A stretch of DNA of 41,484 nt from a virus. Each line of letters starts with the position of its first letter. The stretch's first letter is position 1. The stretch lies in the IMG/VR virus record IMGVR_UViG_3300021399_000034, positions 1 through 41,484 of that record; one strand, 5' to 3'. Under the pieces are notes generated by a model. It worked only from the letters and a program-made list of their open reading frames with translations. It was not told the DNA's origin and made no database searches. This document shows positions 25,106-30,744 of the stretch, in pieces. The position numbers and the translations under genes were made by a program.

Positions 25106-25418
25106 CATGATCAATGCGGATGATATCTATATATTCGGAGACTCCGCGAAAGACCTGTACCGTGTAATGCGAGGAATCATAAAACGCGCAGAAACAGCGG
25201 GCCTCACGATAAAACCGGAGTGGAAGCTGATTGACTGCGGCGGCAGTGAGCAACAACCTTACTCATGCGGCTATTCTGTTCAGCGCAGAGGGATTTCCCG
25301 TCATATATCAATGCTACAAGCACCCGAACGCACAGCCGACACCGGAGCCGGAAGAGACAACCACAGAAGGCGAATAAATTTATTTACGGGGGGGAATCCC
25401 CGTGGTATAATAAAATAA
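25095..25418 (+). CDS. Hypothetical protein; only the first ~45 codons look coding (see alternative ORF 25231..25377)
   Basis: Internal ATG 25095 (MRYDMINADDIYIFGDSAKDLYRVMRG...). The 3' half is Arg/Gly-rich and reads through the predicted lysis promoter. Confidence 0.35.
   Translation: MRYDMINADDIYIFGDSAKDLYRVMRGIIKRAETAGLTIKPEWKLIDCGGSEQQPYSCGYSVQRRGISRHISMLQAPERTADTGAGRDNHRRRINLFTGGNPRGIIK
25231..25377 (+). CDS. Alternative-frame ORF (48 aa), possibly the true C-terminus of the preceding gene after a frameshift
   Basis: TTG start, (M)TAAAVSNNLTHAAILFSAEGFPVIYQCYKHPNAQPTPEPEETTTEGE*. It stops 6 nt before the -35 box of the lysis promoter. Confidence 0.3.
   Translation: MTAAAVSNNLTHAAILFSAEGFPVIYQCYKHPNAQPTPEPEETTTEGE
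25383..25411 (+). promoter_or_regulatory. Strong promoter for the lysis cassette (extended -10) with a G7/CCCC palindrome in the spacer
   Basis: TTTACG (25383-25388), a 17-nt spacer, then a consensus TATAAT (25406-25411), with TGg at 25403-25405. The spacer holds CGGGGGGGAATCCCCG. Confidence 0.65.
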
Positions 25419-25438
25419 AAATCTGAGGAGTAAGGAAT

Positions 25439-25693
25439 ATGACATCTGAGGTACTTGTTGCAGTGTTGTCATTGCTCGGCACTGCATTCGGATCAGTCAC
25501 AGGAATTATGGCAGCAAACAAGCTGACCAACTACCGCATTGCTGAGCTTGAAAAGAAGGTTGATAAGCATAATACAATTATCGAACGCTTCGCCCTTCTC
25601 GAACAGGACAATAAGACTCAGTGGAATCGCATCGATGACCTTCGAAGTTCAATGGACGAAATTAAAAAGGAGGTACTACATTATGAAAATTGA
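25439..25693 (+). CDS. Lysis-associated membrane protein (N-terminal TM plus coiled coil; XhlA-like role possible)
   Basis: 84 aa, SD GAGGAG, hydrophobic VLVAVLSLLGTAFGSVTGIMAA followed by a coiled coil. It is the first gene of the lysis cassette. Confidence 0.5.
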   Translation: MTSEVLVAVLSLLGTAFGSVTGIMAANKLTNYRIAELEKKVDKHNTIIERFALLEQDNKTQWNRIDDLRSSMDEIKKEVLHYEN

Positions 25694-25907
25694 CTGGACT
25701 AGAAAATTGACTAGTAGAAAATTCTGGGTGGCAATTATTGGATTCGTCACTGGTCTTTTAATTTTTCTTGGCAAGTCCGAATCTGAAGCCGCACAGGTTG
25801 GGGCGCTTATTATGCAGGGAGCAAGTGTGATTGCTTATTGTATCGGCGAAGGACTGGCTGACAGTGTGGAGGATAGAAATGGCGGCACGGATAGTTCATG
25901 CGAGTAA
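25683..25907 (+). CDS. Holin (phi-LC3/holin_4-like)
   Basis: Internal ATG 25683, MKIDWTRKLTSRKFWVAIIGFVTGLLIF...GALIMQGASVIAYCIGEGLAD. It has two hydrophobic segments and overlaps the endolysin start. Confidence 0.7.
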   Translation: MKIDWTRKLTSRKFWVAIIGFVTGLLIFLGKSESEAAQVGALIMQGASVIAYCIGEGLADSVEDRNGGTDSSCE

Positions 25908-26619
25908 GGACGAAAATGGCAGATATACGAATGGAATTGCAGGAGATCAGACTGCGCAGGAAGTGTGTTTGCGGACATGGTATAATAGACCATGGGATAC
26001 GGTACTTCGTCCATTAAATCTTAAGCTTGCATCTCATATCGCTTCTATTGCTCAAATTCTTGCAAAGTGCGTGAAAATAGGATACGATCAGTATCAGCGA
26101 ACTACATTATACGACCAGTGCGAAAGGATTAATTGGGATATTTCAAGGATCAATGATATTGCTCCATGTGAATGTGATTGTTCGTCACTGATAGCCGTAA
26201 TTTTGCGATTCTGCGGCGTTTCGATACCAAAGACAGTATATACTGGGAACATGACATCATACGTCCTTGGAACGGGAAAATTCGAATGTCTGCGTGATCC
26301 AAAATATCTCACACAAGATGCTTATCTGAAAAAAGGTGACATCATTTTAAATACAGCACATCATGTGGCTGTTGTAATAGATGATGGAGAAAAGGCGCAG
26401 ATTAATTTCACAGCATACGCCGCACAGGTCAAGGTAAATACATATCTGCAAGTAAGAACTGCTCCAAATGGGGCAGAATATAAATTTTCTGATGGCACAT
26501 CATTCAGATTGCCGAATGGCATGACTGTTGCAATAGTACAGGAGAGTGAGAAATGGGGCAGATTATCGGATATACAGGGATGGGTATCATTATCTTACTT
26601 GGCGCGTGCTACTTCGTAA
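25879..26619 (+). CDS. Endolysin: NlpC/P60-type cysteine peptidase domain plus C-terminal SH3b-like domain
   Basis: ATG 25879 with the SD GGAGGA. Catalytic-type CECDCSSLIAV and TAHHVAVV. The C-terminus YLQVRTAPNG...GWVSLSYL is SH3b-like. Confidence 0.8.
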   Translation: MAARIVHASKDENGRYTNGIAGDQTAQEVCLRTWYNRPWDTVLRPLNLKLASHIASIAQILAKCVKIGYDQYQRTTLYDQCERINWDISRINDIAPCECDCSSLIAVILRFCGVSIPKTVYTGNMTSYVLGTGKFECLRDPKYLTQDAYLKKGDIILNTAHHVAVVIDDGEKAQINFTAYAAQVKVNTYLQVRTAPNGAEYKFSDGTSFRLPNGMTVAIVQESEKWGRLSDIQGWVSLSYLARATS

Positions 26620-26697
26620 AACGTGCGATCATAGACTATTATCGGTCAGTTATAAATTGACAAAATCCAAAAGTAGCCGATCGGCGAAAGGGTTTTG

Positions 26698-26728
26698 GCA
26701 GAGGTGTACCTCCGCACCTCTGCTTTTT
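26698..26728 (+). terminator. Rho-independent terminator after the lysis cassette
   Basis: GCAGAGGTG (26698-26706), loop TACCTCCG, CACCTCTGC (26715-26723), then TTTTT. Confidence 0.85.
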
Positions 26729-26748
26729 AAAATGATTTAAAAATATTA

Positions 26749-26783
26749 TTGACTAATATATACATATTATGATATGCTATAAA
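26749..26783 (+). promoter_or_regulatory. Putative promoter of the three-gene sigma-r4-like unit
   Basis: TTGACT (26749-26754) and an extended -10-like TGcTATAAA (26775-26783). The spacing between the two is non-canonical, so only one of them may be used. Confidence 0.35.
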
Positions 26784-26823
26784 GATAACAAAATACTTTT
26801 ATTTTCCACAAGGAGGAAACGAT

Positions 26824-27096
26824 ATGGAACAGATCCCGTACTATGTACATGAGGGCATGATGGTGAGAATGGAACGGACAATCAAGCGTCTGTGGATTCT
26901 TTGCGTTATCATCTTCCTCGCCTTTGTAGCAAGCAATGCGGCTTGGATCGTTTATGAGGCTCAATGGGAAGCAGTGGAAACTACAAGCCAGTCAGTTGAT
27001 CAAAAGATTGATACTGGTGATGGTTCAGCTACGGTAACTGGAATAGGTGATATTTATGGCACGGATTCATACAGTAGCGAAGAAAACAACGACTAA
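26824..27096 (+). CDS. Single-pass membrane protein (90 aa), unknown function
   Basis: SD AAGGAGGAAA. N-terminal cytoplasmic YYVHEGMMVRMERTIKRLW, TM segment ILCVIIFLAFVASNAAWIVY, and an acidic extracytoplasmic tail. Confidence 0.7.
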   Translation: MEQIPYYVHEGMMVRMERTIKRLWILCVIIFLAFVASNAAWIVYEAQWEAVETTSQSVDQKIDTGDGSATVTGIGDIYGTDSYSSEENND

Positions 27097-27193
27097 ATCA
27101 AGACGCAGGAAAACAGGTGGTTCTTCTGGATATATCCAGTGTAACCTATGTAAGGGTACTGGAAGAATCAAAAATTGGCACAAGAAAAAGTGA
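27056..27193 (+). CDS. Very basic 45-aa peptide with a DnaJ-type CxxCxGxG motif (putative)
   Basis: MARIHTVAKKTTTKSRRRKTGGSSGYIQCNLCKGTGRIKNWHKKK*. SD AGGTGA (27045-27050). Its TGA (27191-27193) overlaps the ATG (27193-27195) of the next gene. It is below the ORF-track cutoff. Confidence 0.35.
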   Translation: MARIHTVAKKTTTKSRRRKTGGSSGYIQCNLCKGTGRIKNWHKKK

Positions 27194-27387
27194 TGGAATA
27201 CACGAATAGCGAGATCACAAATCTCATAGACGAGCATATCCATAGTGAGCGTGACAGAGCCATCCTCAAGCGCAGGCTTGTGGATGGCATTCGTTATGAA
27301 AAATTAGCCGAAAATTTTGATATGTCAGTACGGCAGATCAAGAACATCGTTTACAAGTCAGAAGATAAGCTGTTCAAATATTTATAA
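27193..27387 (+). CDS. Sigma-70 region-4-like HTH protein (64 aa)
   Basis: MEYTNSEITNLIDEHIHSERDRAILKRRLVDGIRYEKLAENFDMSVRQIKNIVYKSEDKL has the region-4/LuxR-type HTH pattern. The ORF-track TTG start at 27175 is possible but less likely. Confidence 0.65.
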   Translation: MEYTNSEITNLIDEHIHSERDRAILKRRLVDGIRYEKLAENFDMSVRQIKNIVYKSEDKLFKYL

Positions 27388-27428
27388 GTTGCAAGCAATA
27401 AGTTGCAATAAGTTGCACGAAAGTTGCC
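27387..27428 (+). repeat. Four direct AAGTTGC(A/C) iterons at 13-, 10- and 11-bp spacing
   Basis: AAGTTGCA at 27387, 27400 and 27410, and AAGTTGCC at 27421. The first overlaps the TAA stop of the sigma-r4-like gene and the last runs into the terminator stem. Confidence 0.85.
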
Positions 27429-27457
27429 CTCCTACTTCATTGTAGAAGGGTTTTTTT
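27427..27457 (+). terminator. Rho-independent terminator
   Basis: CCCTCCTAC (27427-27435), loop TTCATT, GTAGAAGGG (27442-27450) with one mismatch, then T7 (27451-27457). Confidence 0.7.
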
Positions 27458-27491
27458 GATGTCTAAAATTATTGCCATAAGGAGATGTGTT

Positions 27492-27866
27492 ATGTGGCAG
27501 GAATATAATCCGAATCCGACTGGCAGAAAGGTTGGAGATTGCGCTGTCAGAGCGGTGGCAAAGGCACTTGATATTGATTGGGAAACAGCGTACTTGCTCA
27601 TGATGGCGAACGGTTATCACATGGGCGATATGCCGTCTTCGGATTCAGTGTGGGGCGCAGTACTGCGACAGCACGGATTTTACCGAACGGCAATTCCAAA
27701 TAAGTGCCCGGACTGCTACACAGCGGAAGATTTCGCCAAAGACAATCCGAAAGGTACGTTTGTTTTGGGATTTGGAGGTCATGTCGCCACTATCAAAGAC
27801 GGAACGCTTTTCGATTCTTGGGACAGTTCACAGGAGATACCGATCTACGTTTGGTTTAAAAAATAG
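27492..27866 (+). CDS. Putative papain-fold cysteine peptidase/amidase (Cys-His-Asp), 124 aa
   Basis: ATG 27492 after the SD AAGGAGA (27479-27485). The ORF-track start at 27456 lies inside the terminator. Candidate triad: GDCAVRAV, GGHVATI, DSWD. Confidence 0.45.
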   Translation: MWQEYNPNPTGRKVGDCAVRAVAKALDIDWETAYLLMMANGYHMGDMPSSDSVWGAVLRQHGFYRTAIPNKCPDCYTAEDFAKDNPKGTFVLGFGGHVATIKDGTLFDSWDSSQEIPIYVWFKK

Positions 27867-27908
27867 GATTCTATAAATTTCCATTTATGGTACAGAAAGG
27901 ATTAAGGC

Positions 27909-28295
27909 ATGGCATACAATAGTGGTTTTCCAGTTGGGTATCAGCAGTATTTTCAACCGCCTCAATATGGCGGCTCTTATGCCCCACAGCAGGCTTCTCA
28001 GCAACTCATGACTCCACCTACCATCCATGCGGAAATCGTCCAAATTGGAGGCGAAGAGGAGGCTCTTGGCTTTCCTGTAGGAGCAGGGCAGTCACAGATG
28101 ATGATGGCGAAGGATGATTCTGCGATCTACATAAAAACAGCTTATGCAAATGGTCAGAGTGCGCTTGTAAAATACACAAGAGAAAAGGCGAAGCCACATG
28201 AAGCTGTGAATGCTGATTACGTTACAAGGGAAGAGTTTGAAAACAGAATCGCCGAGATCATGAAGAGCAGAAAGGCAGTGGAAGAAGATGAGTGA
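27909..28295 (+). CDS. Hypothetical protein with a Q/P/Y-rich N-terminus (128 aa)
   Basis: MAYNSGFPVGYQQYFQPPQYGGSYAPQQASQQ..., then a beta-rich core and a charged C-terminal helix. SD AAAGGA. Confidence 0.65.
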   Translation: MAYNSGFPVGYQQYFQPPQYGGSYAPQQASQQLMTPPTIHAEIVQIGGEEEALGFPVGAGQSQMMMAKDDSAIYIKTAYANGQSALVKYTREKAKPHEAVNADYVTREEFENRIAEIMKSRKAVEEDE

Positions 28296-28512
28296 ACTTT
28301 TTAATTCTCTTGGAGAAAAACCACAGACGCAACAGCAGTTAGTTCAGCAACTCAAAAACGATCCCGCCTCTTTCATGAAAAGCAGAGGGTTTAACATTCC
28401 GCAGGGTGTGGATGTTCACAATCCGCAGTCCATCATAAATGGATTGCTACAGTCTGGGCAGATAGGCAATGACCGATTCCGAATGGTCATGCAGATGCTT
28501 AGGCGAAGATAA
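28288..28512 (+). CDS. Hypothetical Gln-rich small protein (74 aa)
   Basis: It overlaps the upstream gene by 8 nt. No family was recognised. Confidence 0.6.
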   Translation: MSELFNSLGEKPQTQQQLVQQLKNDPASFMKSRGFNIPQGVDVHNPQSIINGLLQSGQIGNDRFRMVMQMLRRR

Positions 28513-28613
28513 GAATTCAATGCCGAGCGTACGGCGGCTTGAAGAATATAAACCGACTATCCGATTTGAGGGTAGCCGCTCACCGATAAAAGTTATCGGA
28601 GAAAGGACACAAA

Positions 28614-29492
28614 ATGGCTTTAACAGATGACAATGCTATGGTAATGCCTGTCGCTCCTATGTATGGTGGTGGCAACGGCGGATTTGGCTCAGGCTTCGGC
28701 GGTGACTGGGGATGGATCATCCTGCTTCTGCTGATTGCAGGAAACGGCTTCGGTTTTGGTGGCTGGGGCGGAGGCAATCTTGCGGCAGACGGAGCAATGT
28801 TGTATCCGTGGATGAATCAGGCGGAGGTTACCAACAGCGGCTTCAGAGATCAGATGCTGAACGGAAATATCAATTCTATCCGTGACGGCATCGGCGACAT
28901 TTCCACACAGCTTTGTAACGGCTTTGCAGGAGTAAATGCAGGAGTAGCTAATGGCTTTGCGCAGGCTGAGATTGCGGCGAATGGTCGGCAGATGGCAAAC
29001 ATGAATCAGGCGTTTGCGGCTCAGACTGCTATGACTCAGGGGTTCAACGGGCTTCAGAGCCAGTTCGCGGATTGTTGCTGTGAAAACAGGCTCGGTCTTG
29101 CCGATCTTAAGTACACGGTGGCTACCGAGAATTGTGCGGACCGTACACAGTCCATGCAGAACACTAGAGATATTATTGACGCCCAGACTCGTGGTACGCA
29201 GGCTATTCTTGATAAGCTTTGCGCTCTGGAACTGGATGGTGTCAAAGGTCAGCTTGCACAGGCTCAGCGCGAGAATGTTGGTCTGCAGAATCAGCTCAAC
29301 ATGGCGGCTCTTCGTGAGTCCCAGACTGCGCAGAATGCATTCATTTCGCAGGGCTTTGCGAATGAAGTGGATGCTCTGTACAACAGACTGAATACTTGCC
29401 CTGTTCCGTCTACGCCTGTGTATGGCAGAACTCCTATCTTTACTTGCAACCAGAACAGCGGTTGCGGCTGTGGATGTGGCGGTAGTTTCTGA
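28614..29492 (+). CDS. Gly-zipper membrane protein with a Q/N-rich coiled region and 11 Cys (C-terminal GCGCGCGG)
   Basis: 292 aa. The N-terminus YGGGNGGFGSGFGGDWGWIILLLLIAGNGFGFGGWGGG is YjcZ-like. It also carries a CCCEN motif and ends TCNQNSGCGCGCGGSF. Confidence 0.7.
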   Translation: MALTDDNAMVMPVAPMYGGGNGGFGSGFGGDWGWIILLLLIAGNGFGFGGWGGGNLAADGAMLYPWMNQAEVTNSGFRDQMLNGNINSIRDGIGDISTQLCNGFAGVNAGVANGFAQAEIAANGRQMANMNQAFAAQTAMTQGFNGLQSQFADCCCENRLGLADLKYTVATENCADRTQSMQNTRDIIDAQTRGTQAILDKLCALELDGVKGQLAQAQRENVGLQNQLNMAALRESQTAQNAFISQGFANEVDALYNRLNTCPVPSTPVYGRTPIFTCNQNSGCGCGCGGSF

Positions 29493-29503
29493 GGAGGTGC
29501 GGT

Positions 29504-29968
29504 ATGGCAGAATATTTAACACGGGACACGGTAGAGAGTGTAGCACTCAATACAGCAATTCCCTTCATAAATTCTATTCCGTGCAATAAAGGATATATTT
29601 TTCATCAGAGTGGCACTGGAATTTTTGTTCTGCGCGGTATCGTGAATAATCCGCAGGGTTGTTTTGCGAGATACGAGGTTGAGTTTACTGGGAACATCGC
29701 GATTCCTGAAAACGGTACAATCACTCCGATTGCTACGGCAATCGTGGTATCAGGCGAAAGCAGAGAAGGTAGCAGAAGCATTTACACGCCTGCGGCAGTT
29801 GATGAGTACGGAAACGTAACAAGCCGTGCAACAGTCGATGTTCCGAAAGGATGTTGTTTTACAGTTTCGGTAGAATACGTGAACGGATCGGTCAATGATC
29901 CTGCCACAGTACCGACTCCGCTGATCAATGTGGTAGACGGCAGTCTGAGTATCCGCAGAACAGCGTAA
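29504..29968 (+). CDS. Putative BclA-C-terminal/C1q-TNF-like jelly-roll protein (154 aa)
   Basis: The strand pattern AIPFINSI...GIFVLRG...YEVEFTGNIAIP...IATAIVVSGE...FTVSVEY...SLSIRRTA resembles BclA C-terminal domains from memory. SD GAGGAGG. Confidence 0.4.
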   Translation: MAEYLTRDTVESVALNTAIPFINSIPCNKGYIFHQSGTGIFVLRGIVNNPQGCFARYEVEFTGNIAIPENGTITPIATAIVVSGESREGSRSIYTPAAVDEYGNVTSRATVDVPKGCCFTVSVEYVNGSVNDPATVPTPLINVVDGSLSIRRTA

Positions 29969-29981
29969 GAAAGGAGATGTC

Positions 29982-30374
29982 ATGCATAAACTTTATGAGT
30001 TAAAAGAAAAGCTGATGGGCGAACTTGAGGACTACTCCGAGAATGGCAAATTCAGTAAAGAAGATGTAGAGTCCATCAAGTACATTGCCAGTGCGATTGA
30101 TCATATCTGTAATATCGTTGATGGTGATGAAGAGTACAGCAATGCCTATATGTACGATGATGGCTCCTATGCGTATGAGAGAGGCAATAATCGCGGTGGT
30201 AATCGGAGCTACGCAAGAGGCAGAGGCAGAGGCGCACGCCGTGATTCGATGGGCAGATATTCAAGAGCCAACGAAGACATGGTTGAACAGCTTCGGTCGA
30301 TGATGCAGGAAGCTCCCGATGAACACACGCGACAGGAGTTTCAGCGGTTCATTACGAAAGTCGAGCAGATGTAA
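29982..30374 (+). CDS. Hypothetical protein with a central RG-rich (RGG-box-like) segment (130 aa)
   Basis: Helical acidic N- and C-terminal parts flank YERGNNRGGNRSYARGRGRGARRDSMGRYSR. SD AAGGAGA. Confidence 0.65.
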   Translation: MHKLYELKEKLMGELEDYSENGKFSKEDVESIKYIASAIDHICNIVDGDEEYSNAYMYDDGSYAYERGNNRGGNRSYARGRGRGARRDSMGRYSRANEDMVEQLRSMMQEAPDEHTRQEFQRFITKVEQM

Positions 30375-30386
30375 GGCGGTGATCCC

Positions 30387-30719
30387 TTGATAACGGAAAA
30401 AGATTTGCAGGAAGCAATAGCCGAGTGTCAAGGGACACGCAACCCAGATGCCCGAACCTGTATCAAGCTTGCGGCATACTTGACGATCAAGGAGCATTTA
30501 TATCCACAGGTTGTTGAAAATGATTCTTCTGCGATTCCAGTTTACTCTTATGCCGAACCGCCCTCTGTAGAATACACAGGTGATAGCGTGTTTTCTCAGT
30601 CGGTATCCGGCAAGGACATGACTGAGGTGTGGAAGATCATGGATGAGCTGATGGACACACTGCAAGTGATTCAGCCTCGGCTATATGATAGCGTTATTCG
30701 GAAGATAGACAGCATTTAG
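30387..30719 (+). CDS. Hypothetical protein (110 aa)
   Basis: TTG start after AAGGCGGTGA. It contains the motifs AIAECQGTRNPDARTCIKLAAY and MDELMDTLQVIQPRLYDSV. It is the last gene before a terminator. Confidence 0.55.
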   Translation: MITEKDLQEAIAECQGTRNPDARTCIKLAAYLTIKEHLYPQVVENDSSAIPVYSYAEPPSVEYTGDSVFSQSVSGKDMTEVWKIMDELMDTLQVIQPRLYDSVIRKIDSI

Positions 30720-30736
30720 CTGTCTATCTTTTTTTT
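30703..30736 (+). terminator. Rho-independent terminator
   Basis: AGATAGACAGC (30703-30713), loop ATTTA, GCTGTCTATCT (30719-30729), then T7. It overlaps the stop codon of 30387..30719. Confidence 0.85.
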
Positions 30737-30744
30737 ATTCTTCT

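Noticed and set aside
26546-26740. 64-aa + strand ORF spanning the end of the endolysin gene and the intergenic region
   Set aside because: It overlaps the endolysin out of frame and reads straight through the strong terminator hairpin at 26698-26728.
27387-27428. A possible CRISPR-like array
   Set aside because: The repeats are only 8 bp with 2-5-bp gaps, there are no spacers, and there are no cas genes. They are iterons, not CRISPR repeats.
28689-29546. 285-aa ORF on the minus strand, antisense to the Gly/Cys-rich gene
   Set aside because: This looks like a shadow ORF caused by the biased (GCN/GGN/CAG-rich) codon composition of the sense gene. It has no SD context, and its start would lie inside the next + strand gene.
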